A stretch of 64,000 bases of DNA from Antedon mediterranea (lineage: Eukaryota > Animalia > Echinodermata), in contig NC_092673.1 of assembly GCF_964355755.1 (NCBI RefSeq), positions 17,729,648 to 17,793,647 on the forward strand, read 5' to 3'. The notes beneath the pieces were generated by a model. The model saw only the letters and a list, made by a program, of their open reading frames with translations. It ran no database searches and was not told the DNA's origin. Within the stretch, counting starts at the first letter, position 1. Every line of letters begins with the position of its first letter. The translations under genes and the position numbers were made by a program. This document shows, piece by piece, positions 39,101 through 51,716 of the stretch.

Positions 39101-41999
39101 CAGGCAGCTTTATTCCATGGTTCTGCCTGTCTATATAAACCCACAGTGTCACCCATTATATTTCCATGATGGGGCTTAATGTCCATGGAGGACCGGCCCT
39201 TGGGTTAATTTTGGCAAATCCATAAATTTTTCTTAAGGATCGAGAGTGCACAGGCAGCTTAATTCATGGGCCGCGCCTGTCTATATGAACTCACAGTGTC
39301 ACCCCTTATATTTCCATTATGGGGTATAATGTCCATCCATGGAGAACGACCGGCCCTTGCGTTCATTTGGGCAAATCCATAAATCTTATTTAAAGATTGA
39401 GGGTGCACATTTAGTTTTATTCCATAGTTTACCCCATACTAATTTCTAATACAGGGCCTTATGTAGCACACCACATAGAGATCCCAAAAGGGTCCTTAGA
39501 GTGTTCATTCGGGCAAATCCATATAGGTTATTTTAGAATCCTTTGTATACAGGAAACTCTTTCCTGTATGGGCCAAACTATATAAAAATGGTGGTCTGTC
39601 TGTGTAGTGAGTTGTGGATTGAGTTTGGCCACCTGGATCTGGCTATGCCCTATCCTGTACGAATTGGTATTCTTTTCCAAAAACGAATATTGTAGCCCTA
39701 ATAAATGCAACTGTATAGTGGCAAATCATTGAAGGTCAGCGCAACATTTTAACATCATAACATTTTAATCGTCATAATATTAATTTTATTATTTATTTTA
39801 CAGTATTATATTAATACATTTAAAATAATGCGCACTAGAAAAAATATAAAAATACCATAACTTCACTGATCAAATAACGTGATTACATTTATGAACATCG
39901 ATCTCATAGTTTGAATAACTTTGCATTATTTAGTATATCATTTATTCAAATGTTGACCTTTGACCCATGTCAACTTGTGTAATGATAAATGTGCTCTTTT
40001 GATTGTGTATGATTGATAGATGTCTTAACAGAATGATAAAACATAACATTTTGTCCTAAATGTTAGTTTTTATTTGGTTTTAAATGCAAATTGGTTGATT
40101 GGTCAATATTGACATTTGACCTTTAATTGCCAAGTATTTGTTTTATAAGGCGACTGAATAACACCATACAATACATATAACCATACAAATGTATTAAAAG
40201 ACCAAATTGAACTTTGACCTTTTATCTCTTCCTATTCGCTTCCTATCCTGATCGAAGTCTGATTTGATTAAATACAGTATTATAATGAAATAACATAACT
40301 TTACTAATCCAATAATTTGATTACTTGTAAACCATCAATAACAACTTTGCATTTATTTGTTAACTAATACGCGTATTAAAATGTTGACCTTTGACCTTAC
40401 ATCAACTGATGAAATTGACCTTATGTCAACTGATGAAATGATGCATTCGCTCTTTTACATTGCGTATGATTGATTAACAGGATGAGAAAACATCCGATTT
40501 TTTATTAAATATTAGTTTTTATTTGGTTTTATAGGTACGTTCTATGATTGGTCAATATTGACATTTGACCCTTAATCACAAAGGATTTTTTTTTCATAAG
40601 GTGATTGAATAGACACTTATAATCATAAAAATGTAATAAAAGACCAAATTGTGCTTCAATAAATTTGTTATAATACATATACATAATACATTGTTGTAAT
40701 TGGTCAATTTTGAACTTTGACCCCTTATATCTCGAAAACGCTTCCTATCCTGATCGATTACCTTCCATATTCGTAATCTACGGAAAATTCTAGTCTAGAA
40801 AAGTTGGATGGAAATTTGTCCCCTTTCGGGTGGTGATTCCCCCCTCCTGCCACCGGACTACAGTATGTAATTATGTGACAGCCAAGCAAGCAAATTTTAA
40901 GAAATATTTCATTTTAAAATTTATGCCATATCTCTTTAGAGAAGAAATTGTAAAATCGATTATGAGAAATTGCATTTGCACTATACTTATTACAATACTT
41001 CTTTTTAAAAAAATCTGATAGCCATGACTTACAATTTGCCAGCAAACTTTGGCCTACTGCACTTTTTTGTATTTTTTACTATAATATATAATTTTGGTTT
41101 ATTTTTGTGTGCAGAAAAACAATAAAAAAAAACTAGATTTAAACTGTGACTGTGATGAGTTAGGTTATCCATGCAATGACTACCTATTAAGCCAGGCCTT
41201 GGTGGCACTACTAGTCTATGAAAAGAGCAAAATATTTCAGTTGATAAAAAAAAATGCCTCGAATGGTCTGCAATGTGCTGATTTTTAATAATCGAAAATT
41301 ATAAAATTTGTAAACATGCATACATGCATGTTATATGCACTATGCAACGATGGCTATTCTCACATGATGACAGACATATGACGTGAGGAAAGAATAAATA
41401 AAGAAAGAAATAAAGATTCAATAAGGTTGTATGCATAATAATAACTTTTTTTTTTTTTTTTAACTAAAGTACTATCCATGAGTAACTATCGAAAACTACT
41501 TGTGGAAGTGTCATCATGGTGGGAAGAACACGATAAGATCAATTTACTTAAATTCATCCTTTTAATGTTCAAACAAGTTACTCTAACTGACATAGAGAAG
41601 AGTGATGATCCATTCGAACTCTTTGAATTACTTGGAGCTCCTGGAATAATTAGCCCGTCAAATGTGGATGTTCTACTTGAAGCTGTTGTAATCGGAGGGA
41701 TGGAGGGTGTGGACGAGGAAAAGATCAAGCAATTGATACCAAGCTTTCCTGGATTCAGTGAAATAGCAATTCCTGACTGCTGGGATAAGCGTCAAAAGTT
41801 GATTAAATTTGGGCGTAAGATAGGTATTGATGAGCAAAAGAAAGTTGGACGCGTGTGTGGAGTGAAAAGTAAACCTAAAGATGTTTGGGCTTTGATGTTT
41901 GAACTTGAAAGGCAACGACTTTTCACTGAAGAAAGGACAAAATTCCTTCAACTGCTAAAAGACATTGACCTGGATAGACATGCAGCATTATTAGAATAG
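20994..41999 (+). CDS. ROCO protein gene 1: Roc GTPase - COR - linker - tandem death-fold (DED-like) domains; multi-exon, probably with the upstream ankyrin exons as N-terminus
   Basis: Phase-consistent GT-AG exons: 20994-21141, 21546-21631, 21969-22027, 22835-22907, 23968-24128, 31173-31262, 31476-31655, 32699-32950, 33388-33573, 33884-34078, 34288-34590, 34686-34757, 35423-35639, 36594-36623, 37564-37617, 41470-41999 (TAG). Motifs: G1 GQEGVGKT, G2 TDGI, G3 IYDHGGQ, LYIVVFDLS, G4 IVGTHKG, COR VPLKW, LNFLYDLGEIIY and FFVPLRL. Confidence 0.9.
22050..22561. mobile_element. MITE with terminal inverted repeats of about 50 bp (PIF/Harbinger-like, AWT flanks)
   Basis: AGGGTGGTTTCGCAACCATACGAATACGATAACGAAAACGGATACGTCAC versus GTGACGTATCCGTTTTCGTTATCGTATTCGTAAGATTGCGAAACCTCTCT; flanks AAT and ATT. 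Confidence 0.75.
23968..24128 (+). CDS. ROCO gene 1 exon with the Roc G3 motif (FNIYDHGGQLIYHGIHR)
   Basis: Matches the Roc WDFxGQxxYxxxH consensus; CAG/GTAAGT boundaries. Confidence 0.88.
24233..28530. mobile_element. Degenerate Kolobok-like TIR element hosting the L2 LINE
   Basis: ttaa-AGTGGGATTCCGGGTTTGAAATT versus AATTTAAAACCCAAAATTCTCCT, an imperfect inverted match. Confidence 0.45.
25745..28346 (+). mobile_element. 5'-truncated L2/CR1-group LINE (partial AP endonuclease plus reverse transcriptase) in an intron of ROCO gene 1
   Basis: ORF 25830-27836 has AGDFNFH, GHTLDL, SDH, NYRPVSNL, LDLSAAFDTVDH, GVPQG and FYADD. A frameshift continues into ORF 27800-28273. 3' stem-loop AGCGCCAT...ATGGCGCT and (GATT)n tail. 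Confidence 0.95.
31476..34590 (+). CDS. ROCO gene 1 exons encoding the Roc G4/G5 region and the COR domain
   Basis: Exons 31476-31655, 32699-32950, 33388-33573, 33884-34078 and 34288-34590, all phase 0; KPTILIVGTHK, YFAIENS, VPLKW, FLYDLGEIIY, LMIQLGFI, FFVP. Confidence 0.88.
31748..32296. mobile_element. Kolobok-like MITE with TTAA target duplication
   Basis: TTAA-AGATGTATTGTCCCTT ... AAGGGACAATACATTT-TTAA. Confidence 0.75.
35753..36507. repeat. Intronic minisatellite, 88 bp unit, about 8.5 near-identical copies
   Basis: Unit ATATCTTCATTCCTCTTACCAGTAGTAGTACTATCAG...GCTGTG; the ORF-track hits recur at 88 bp spacing. Confidence 0.97.
37635..40860. mobile_element. Non-autonomous Academ-like DNA transposon (TAG...CTA, 3 bp TSD CAG, TIRs of about 160 bp)
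   Basis: cag-TAGTCCGGTGGCAGGAGGGGG ... CCCCCTCCTGCCACCGGACTA-cag; internal tandem repeats of about 140-150 bp at 38895-39400. Confidence 0.85.
38271..38625 (-). mobile_element. tRNA-derived SINE nested in the Academ-like element
   Basis: Minus strand has A box TGGCCGAGCGGTTAAGG, B box GGTTCGAGGCC and an (AATAA)n 3' tail at 38271-38297. Confidence 0.75.
41470..41999 (+). CDS. Terminal exon of ROCO gene 1: two tandem death-fold (DED-like) domains
   Basis: Long poly-T acceptor, phase 1 entry. YRKLLVEVS...LLKFIL...PFELFELL...IISPSNVDVLLE and RQKLIKFGRKI...VWALMFELERQRLF...FLQLLKDIDLDRHAALL fit the DED helical pattern (pattern recognition, not an HMM hit). Confidence 0.78.
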
Positions 42000-44900
42000 A
42001 CATATTGAATAGAAATTGAAAAAAGACTAATAAAGTTTAGGAACTTAAAAGAGGTTTTCATTGAACTTAGGTGACAATTCAATGTTAAGACATTATAAAC
42101 ATATATATGTAGACAACTATGTTTATTCCAAGTATGTTTTAACAACAGAAATATGGAAATCATCAGCGATTCATAGTACTTTGTTATGTTTTATACAAAC
42201 ATACCTTGCATAAAGCTACTGCTAAAAAATAGAAAATCATTTTTAAAAGGGTTGACAGGGGAAGAAACAAAACAGAAAATGTGAACTGAAACAATATAAA
42301 AACAAGAGCAATCGGATTACATATGTACCTCCGGATAGGACTGACCTCCAAAATTAAAAATGATTGAGCCCGTTTTAAAATTTCTATAAATATTTGTAAT
42401 ATGATGTTATATAAAAATTAGGTAGTTTTCCTCCTCAATTTATTAGCGTGCCATTTTAGATATCCTGGATCTGTTTGACTCACCACCTTTGACCTTTTCC
42501 ATGAATTGACAGAGCAGCTGCATAGTTTGGGAGTTTGGTTTATTTTATTATCATGGAATAGAACTTCTCTGCTATTTTGTATACATTTTCATTACGGTGA
42601 TTTTATATTATACCATATTTTAACTTCTTTGCTATTTTGTATACATTTTCATTACGGTGATAATATTATACCATATTATAACATAGAATGTGAATAAGAT
42701 TTTTTTGTATAAAGGAAATGTAATAATAAATTTTATATTTTGATTAATTTGATTTATTGTTGGTGTGTAAAACAAAATAAAGAATTATTTGTGTGTTAAA
42801 AAAAATACTATAGAAATCAAATACTGGAATGTTTTTACTCTGAAACATAGTGATATAAAACATAGTTATATAAAAAATAGTGATATAAAACAAAACTTTC
42901 TCTGATTTTGCATACTTTGGGCAGCTTTATGTAAACAGTCAGTGAATGCTATTTTTTGCTGCGCAGTGGGACATGTAACAGTTTTCAGTTAATATTTAAT
43001 ACAGTAGTAAAAAATAAGTTTAAAAATAAAAGCAATACTGGATAGGGCACTTTACGAAATAAAAGACGCTAAAGAAAAATTGTGCTGTGTGAATATTAAT
43101 CGAGGGTGCACCAGAAAGTGACAACGTGCATGAGAGAATACGTCTTAATGCACCGTCGTCTGTCTGTTTCCATTTGTTTGCAGAATTTTTGTGAAGCCAC
43201 AGACAACATGTTTAGTCTAGTCGCGTACGTGCAACGCGACTCTGTAGCTTACTATGTTGGTCGGTCGGTCGGTAAACATTAACTTGAATTTGAGCACGCG
43301 ACTGCAGCCATGTTTAGGCCTATAGATATTCCGAGATGCTTTTTGCGGGAAACATTTCTGATCTACCCGCCTTACTATGCCTTTTTGGGTGCTATTAGTG
43401 ACCACACTTTCACAGAACTTACAATAAGAATTTTTCAGTTGTTTCAAGATATGTTCGTTTTCCTACTAGCAGCCAACCGCCTGTCATCGATATCTGGCAA
43501 CCCCCATGATAAAGCTGAGCATCTCGATGATCAGCCAAGCCGCTTGATTAAAGACTTCGCACCTGTCTGAGTATACCTATCAGTAAAATTGTTAACAATT
43601 CACTTAATGAACTTCCTAATTTGTGGAAAAAGGCGAATGTACCCAAGGTTAAGATTGTTGCTTCGTTGAATGATCTTCGGCCAATCTCACTGAGATGAAA
43701 CTATTTTACTATAAAAATCCATAATATCTTTCATGATTTCTTAACAAAATAGATCTCTCATTCACGTAAATTTCTGCCGCCACATATTTTGGATTGCTTT
43801 TAATTTTTTTTAAATGGGCCTATTCAATTATCAAATCAAGTAGTATATTAACCGGTGAAGAAGTACAGCCTATAACCAATCAACACAACAAATCGTAACA
43901 TAATAATAAGCCACAGAAAAAGAAGCCAAGGCAAATTTCATATTTCAATGAATAGATTGTATCATAGGCTATAACAATAGTAATAGGTTACAAATACAAA
44001 TTGTTACGGTGTAAGCATGGAGTAAAGAATATCTAGCTTGTCTTGAAAAATTAGTGAAACAGTGTGGTGATGTGAGATTCCGTTTTTCGAACTTTTTTTC
44101 TGTTGTTGGTCAATTTATTCAGTTTTCTTATGCTATTTCGTGGTTTATTTTACATCAACATTTTCATTTTCACACTTGCATAGAGACTATTTGTATTTTG
44201 CGCTATATAAATTTAAAACCATTATATTGAATAAACAGTAGCCAAAACATGGTATTTTGGTAAATCTAATCCAGCAGAAGTACTGAATTATGTTTTTTTC
44301 AGCCTTTTATAGTAATTTTACCGACTTTTAAACAATTTTGACTTAAAATCATGTCATACGAGCACTTCGAATTGGACAATTCGCGTCGTTTTTTATGAAA
44401 AAGTACAAAAATGCGTCAAAATTATGCCTTTTTTTTAACAGTCATAGTTTCTAAACTACATGGTGCAGTTTATTTTTATTACATATTCTGGAAGTAGATG
44501 CGTTGTGACGTCATCGTATGGCCACTCGAATATAAAATATAGGATTTTTGTCATAGCTCATCACATTTAATAGAGCGCATCTCCACTTATCCGTATTCCA
44601 TTTCCCCCCATTTTTTTATATTGTCTAGGTCAATCAATTATCTTTCGCATGATTTACCATTTTTTAAATTGTGATGACGTCATCTTGTTCACAAAAAAAT
44701 TGTAAAAATTGGATGAAAAGGCGGGTCCCGTTATTTTCACATATTCTGCACTGTATGTAGTACGTATAAAATATATAGTGTATACTGTATATACTTAGAC
44801 GTGACACACAATAGAGAGCACACTAACATTTTTTCAATGGCTTAATTGTTTTTCTTTGGGCAATATTCTAACGTATGATGTGCACGTGGTGTTTGCGCGG

Positions 44901-45023
44901 CGGATAACCTAACTCGTCTATTTTTAGTGCTGCAACTGCAATATTTTAAAATAAACCTTGAATATAAATAATAATAATTAACTACAAGAAAGGCTGGTTT
45001 TTATTTTTAAAAATTATTTTATT

Positions 45024-48000
45024 AGGTGATCATTTAGAATAAAATGATCACCTATTGTTATTGTATGAAATCTTTATTATTATTATTAGTTATCCGCATT
45101 CAGCGGATAACTCCTTGTAACTGTCCTGTTTCATCATCTTTTTTTTTTTTTTTTTTTTTTCTGTATTCTTCTTTCTTTCTGTCATTTTTGTGCAGAGCAT
45201 ATCTCAAAAACGTGTAAAGTTAACATTTCATAACTTTGTCAACATATGGGCATTCACGTGAAGTTGTGCTTTTTTATTTTTGAATGACGTCAGAATTGCG
45301 CAACATGACTTACGCGCGTTTTAACGAATTTCGCCTATTTAACATAAATCAAAAACCATATAACAATTTAAATTGAAACTTAGCAAAAATTTAATTTATA
45401 TTCTGCGCTAACTGACTGTGGAAAAAAAATGGCATGTTTCACACGAAGTTACACGCGCACGCGCATTTAAAATTTAAAAATGCGAAAAATCAATTTCTAA
45501 TCAACTTTCTACGCGTTTCATGTCATTTTGAGCATGTAAAAAATTCCCACGCGCGTGCGTATTTTTACGCTCGTGGTGCGCACGTAGCGTTGAAAACAAT
45601 TTTTTTCATGTGATTTAGGTTTTTCCAGCCTTTTCTAGTAATTTTACCAAGTTTTAAACGATTTCGACTGAAAATCAGGTCATACGAGCCCGTAGAATTG
45701 GATAATTTATGTGCGTTTTTTATGAAAAAGTTCAAAAATTCATCAAAATTTGTCAAAATTATACCTTTTTTTAAACAGTTGTAGTTTCTAAACTAAACGG
45801 TAAAAGTTGTTTTTATTACGTATTCTGGAAGATGATGAGTTGTAGATATCGTATCATGCATCAATATGGCTAACCGGACATTATGACGTCATCGTATGGC
45901 CACTCGAATATAAAATATAGGGATTTTTTCTCTTTTGTCATAGCGCATCACATTTAATAGAGCGCATCTCCACTTATCCGTTTTCCATTTTCACCCCGAT
46001 TTTGATATTGTCTAGGTCAATCAACTATCCTTTGCATGAGTTAAACATATTTTAATTGTTATGACGTCATCATGCCAAAAAATTTAAATTACTTGTGCCT
46101 TAAATTTCATCTTTACAGTAAATTTTAATCTGTTATAGCTCGTCAGAATAAAACGTGATAATCATGATTAAAACGTTTTCTGGAAGCTATTGGATTGTAG
46201 ATACGAATTCATATAAACATTTTGCCAATCGGATGTGGTGACGTCATCATATGGCCAGTTAAATAAATGAAGTCGTATTTTCATCTTTTGCGTCATAATT
46301 CATTACATTTAAAAGAGCGCGCATTAATATTTCACGTATTTAAATTTCTTCTACACGTTAATATGTTGTTGCTGAGATAATTTCCTTCCGAAATTGCTAC
46401 ATTTGCGTTTCATTTTGAAACCGTCAAAATGTTAAAAATTGCAATAAATAGCGGGTCCCGTAATTTCACCTATTCTACACTGTATGTGATATGTATACAG
46501 ATTATACTGTGTATACTATATGACACAAAATTGACAGAATTCAGCACCAACAACATATCATATTCTTCAGTTCAGGTCATAATGCCATAATCTTTTTCTG
46601 TGCGCCATATACCAACGTATAACGTGCACGTGGCGTTTGTCGTGCGGATAACTAACTCGTCAAAGTGACGAGTTACATGTCTAGTTATTTTTTTTTTTCT
46701 TTTTATTGTTTCTGTACACTATTTTGTGTAACAATTATCTCAAAAAGTTTAATGTCAATGATTACCAAAATTTCAGAATATCTTTCAAATAATATAACTT
46801 AATCCTAATGAGCTTTCCAGCGTGATCACTCATCCGTGACGTCATTTATACGCCATTTTGTGAAATCACATTATCAATCATATCTTCATAATTCATTATG
46901 ACATATTAATGAAATTCACTACAGGTAAACTTCAGGTCAAGGGTAAAAATTTTAGAAAATAAAAAGTTGCGCGTTTCAAGGTCATGCACGTGAAATCACG
47001 CGTTAAAAATTTAAAACGCGCAAAATTAGGTTTTGATCAATTTAGAGCATGAATTAGGCCATTTGCGCGTTTCAAAAAATTACTGCGCAAAAATGCGTTT
47101 TTGTGCGCACGATTCTTAAAATGCGTAAAAAAAAAATTTGATGTATAAATCACATTCTACTCACAATCCTTAGTACATTCACCAATTTTGAGTCCATTCC
47201 GACTTAAAATAACGCTATACGAGCACGTTAAAAATGACAAAATGCGCACACTAATTGTACAAAAGTGCTAAAAATGGTAAAAAATGAGGACTTTTTAAAA
47301 TGAATATAACTCTTCAGAATGGCAGATGACCCCCAATTTTTTTAACTTATTATGGAAGCCAATAAGTTGTAGATACAAATGTATATACACATTAGACGTA
47401 CAAAATGGTATGACGTCATCAAATGGCCACTTGAATTTAAAAATTAGGAATTTTTTTCTTTTTGTGTGGGTTATCACATTCAATAGAGCGCATCTCCGTT
47501 ATTTGAGCCCGATTTTCGCACAACTTTTAGTATGTGCTTGCTCAATTAATTATTCTTCTAATGCATTATCAACATTTTTATTTTGATGACGTCATCACGC
47601 GTAAAAACTTGAATAACCTAGGTCGTGTAATTTCAGCTACACCATACATTTGAATATCTTATAGCTCTTCAGAATTAAAGGTGACCTGGAAGATTATAAC
47701 TTATTATGAAAGCTGATGAAATGTAGATATGAATTCATATTAAAATTAAGCCTATCAGATGTTGTGATGTTATCATATGGCCAGTTGAAGTTAAAAAGTA
47801 GTTTTTAAATTTCTTTAGTCAAAGTTATACAAATTTCAAAGACCGCGCATTGCGCTTCTACGTGTCAAATTTTCTTCCAATCCTTATATTTATTTGCTCA
47901 ATTCATTATCTTTCGAAATTGTCATCTTCGAGTTTATTTTGAAAATTCCATCATACCAAAAAATTAGAACACGATATGAGTCCCGTAATTTCACCTATGC

Positions 48001-48209
48001 TACACTGTATATAGATATACAGTATATACTGTACATATTGTATGACACATAGGTAGAACTCAGCACTATAAGTGTATATGCAATCATGTCATAGGATGGC
48101 GTACATCAACTTTTAACGATCGTATGTTAACGTACATGCATGTTTAAAAAATGTTAAAATGATAAAAATGATCACCTATAATTCGTCAAAGTGACGAATT
48201 AAATTCTAG
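45024..48209 (-). mobile_element. Helentron-type non-autonomous element with a second one nested at 45088-46684
   Basis: Host hairpins AGGTGATCATTT...AAATGATCACCT and AATTCGTCAAAGTGACGAATTAAATTCTAG. The nested copy is the reverse complement of the 17279 family. A further deleted copy lies at about 44330-44920. Confidence 0.72.
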
Positions 48210-50650
48210 TTATTTATTATTTTACTGTGTTTGTTTTCAATTTCTGTAAATAAATAATAAATAAATTATATTAAATTAAATAAAGACACCTTGATTATAT
48301 ATCTTTTCAAGAGGATTTTATGGAAACAAACATACTTTTTTTTTTTTACTTTTTTTCTTGTTTACATTCTACATTATTTTTTAAAAATTGTATAAAATAT
48401 GTTTGCTGGCGATTTGATGTTGGAAAAAAGCCACTGCAATCCATTTATCCTTTTGTAAATGTTACAATAAATACTTGTAAAGAACCAATTAACAACATTT
48501 TATGTCAAGTGCAGAGCAGAACCAATAGTTTTTTATGGCTGGATGTTATTTTTTGTATTGATCATCAACACTGATAAAATCAGTGATGATAAATGTTCAA
48601 AATCTACAAATTATATACTGTACATGAATTTTTCCCAAAAAATAAAATCATATTCACACCCAATTTATGAAAATAATAATGATTTATATTGCAATGTTAA
48701 TTGTGAATGTGTTACAAGAGGATTATCTGTTATATAATTGGTATGTCATTAAAAATATGGTCGGGGGTAAAAGCTAGACCAGTTTTGGCTATATTGGTGG
48801 CCAAAAGGAGTCCGCCACTGCCAAAATCGGTCCACGTTTTTCTTCTATCAATTTTAATTAAATTACTAGACTTACGACATGTTTTTTTTTTTTTTTTGGC
48901 TGGAAAAATATCTAGTTATCTGATAAATACTACAAACAAATTTATTTTTTCTCTGCCTGGCACACATGGACATGAACATTATTATCAGCTAGATTTTATT
49001 TTTAATAAACAATAGATACAGTAGATACTAATACAGGTCCTTTATTTTCTCAGCCTAATCAATATTGGTATAATTGCTTTATAATTAATGTAAGCCTTCT
49101 TTTAAACTGTTTCGAAAGATACTGTACATTATAACCAGTTTTGCGCACCATATATTTTGTAAGCCTGGACCATATTTGGCAGCCAAAAACAGTCTTAATA
49201 ACCAGACTGATTTAATCAAGACCAAACCAGTTTTGCCGGTCAAAATTGTTCCGTCCCGACAGGTTTTGGCAGCCATTGATCCCACAGATCAATGTTGGCA
49301 TTAAATACCCATTATAGTCATGTTCTTTGGACAAATTAGCTCATGGTTTTCAAGATATACTTATCACTCCAGATGTGTGTAATAATAAATGTATATTTAA
49401 TTTGTTGTTATGATTGTGCATTTTTTATCTGTATAATTATTAGATGGCAATGGTGCTTATATTCAAAATCACCAGTTATTTTTATAGCATTAATCATGTG
49501 AAAATAAATATGTAAGTGTGCTGAACTAAGGCTACTGTCAGATCTGCTGTTATGTGCTCCTGTATATAACACCTTCAGTTTCCAGTAACCTTTGGACCAT
49601 AAAATACAGGTACACTTTTGTTTGTCATTTAACATTAATATTTACAATACAATTTAGGAAACAACCTCCTAAGAGGAATTTGGATGGGTTCAGAAATGGT
49701 AACTTGTAATAGGTGAATACATAATATAATTTAGTAAATAAATAATATGTTGGTATTAAATGGTGTGTGCTTAGCTTTTGTTAACTGTGTGTAGGGCCTA
49801 TGCTCTTATTGATTGTAGAATCAACTTGACTGGAAAATGTCCAGATGTTTGTTAATATGAAAAACTCACAGTTTATAATTCTATTAAATAGGGTGACATG
49901 CAAGATTGATTGGGAAGTGATGTGACACAGAGAACGCAACGAAAAGGGTGTTGGAACTTTGCGTAACAATAATACCTTGTAGTGTAGGGCCTACGCTCTT
50001 ATTGATTGTAGAATCAACTTGACTGGAAAATGTCCAGATGTTTGTATGTTAATATGAAAAACTCACAGTTTACAATTCCATTAAATAGGGTGACATGCAA
50101 GATTGATTGGGAAGTGATGGACACAGAGAACACGGCAAAAAGGGTGTTGGCACTTTGCATAACAACAAACACCTTATAGGCTGGTAGCGTCCTTTGATGT
50201 AGAGCTGTTCAGTCACACTGGAGCAGGCAATGAAGGATCATTTCCATGCATAATCTACAAGGGTAATTTTATGTTTACCAACAATTCTGTTCAGATTCTG
50301 TTGTAGTGTGAGTTTTTATATTATTTAATTTGGCTTATAGAATTACACCAGTACAATATAATACTTTGTTGTTGGTGGTAGAGATGGGATTTTTTCCATT
50401 TTTTCAGAGAAATTATTTGTATTTTAAGTAACTAATTTGGTACTACATTATGCTATTAAGTGTGTCTGACCACAATCCATGCATTACCAATTTGAATGAC
50501 TAAGGTAATATTGTACTATTAACTTTTTAAAAACATTTTGAGAATTTAGGGTGAACTAAGCTCGTAAATGTTAATTTTTTTAAAGCCTATTCAACTAGGC
50601 GCTGCCTCATTGAATAGAACAGTAATTTTTATAACACTCATGAAAATATT

Positions 50651-51716
50651 GGGTGTCACGAAACCTAAGATCACGAAAGCTAAGACCCCCTAAGACCTAA
50701 GATCACGAAAGCTAAGACCCAAGACCTAAGATTACAAATTCTAAGATATACTACAGCTTAAAAACAATACTTGTTTATCCATACATAATTTTAAACACAG
50801 TAGGTTTCATTTATTACCATAAATATAATTTAATACCACCGCAAAACATAGATAAACTCACATTATTTTCGCCCGTTGAGTAAATGTATATTTTTTCTTT
50901 ACAACAAACAAACTTGACGGGTTGTTTGTTTGTATATATTTACTCCATTGTGTTGGTTCAGAGGATGTTTTTCTTACGCACCTGCCTTTCTTGTATTTTG
51001 ACTCCAAATTTGTTGACTAACTTTATCCTGAACACCACACTTTAAAATTAGGACTTATAAGTACTTTCAGAAGGAGAAACACATAATAACAAATAAATAA
51101 ATCCTTTAAATTTATGATTTTACAGATGTGTTTCTTTGTATACTGTAATGTAACTCCTCGAGCTCCCCATGCTCAATGTTTTTGTTTCTATGGAGCGCCA
51201 AAAGAGCAACAATAATAGTACAAGTATAAAAACAGAAAGTAAACGAAACAAAAAAACTTATCATGATTTTTTAATTAAAATTTATTTGCCAGTATTTATT
51301 TCCTCGTATTTGCATGATTATACTATTATCATTACAATTTACATTGTTCCATCCACACTGTAGATGGACTCCACAGAGTTTTCAGCCCTCTATATAATTT
51401 TTGCTCTTTTGACGTTCCATATAAACAAAAACATTGAACATGGGGTAGGCCTACTGTACTGTAGGCTAGTCATTTTGTGTGCGAGAAAAACGTCTGTAAA
51501 ATCATCAATTTAAAAATGTATTTGTTACTTTTTATGTGATTATTTTTCATGAAAGGGCCAATTCTAAGGTGTGGTATTCAGAATAAATGTTGGGAGTTAA
51601 AATACAAGGCAGGTGCGAAAGATAAATATTTGTAATCTTAGGTCTTGGGTCTTAGCTTTCGTGATCTTAGGTCTTAGGGGGTCTTAGCTTTCGTGGTCTT
51701 AGGTTTCGTGACACCC
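50651..51716. mobile_element. MULE/Mutator-like non-autonomous element with a 10 bp TSD
   Basis: TGAAAATATT on both sides; TIR GGGTGTCACGAAACCTAAGA.../...TCTTAGGTTTCGTGACACCC with CTAAGA subrepeats. Confidence 0.88.

Noticed and set aside
41478-41999. Stand-alone 173 aa single-exon gene
   Set aside because: A strong acceptor at 41469 is in phase with the upstream micro-exons, so it is better explained as the last exon of ROCO gene 1.
43490-43700. Short RT-like peptide (LPNLWKKANV...NDLRPISL) as a gene
   Set aside because: Tiny degenerate LINE scrap with stops and frameshifts.
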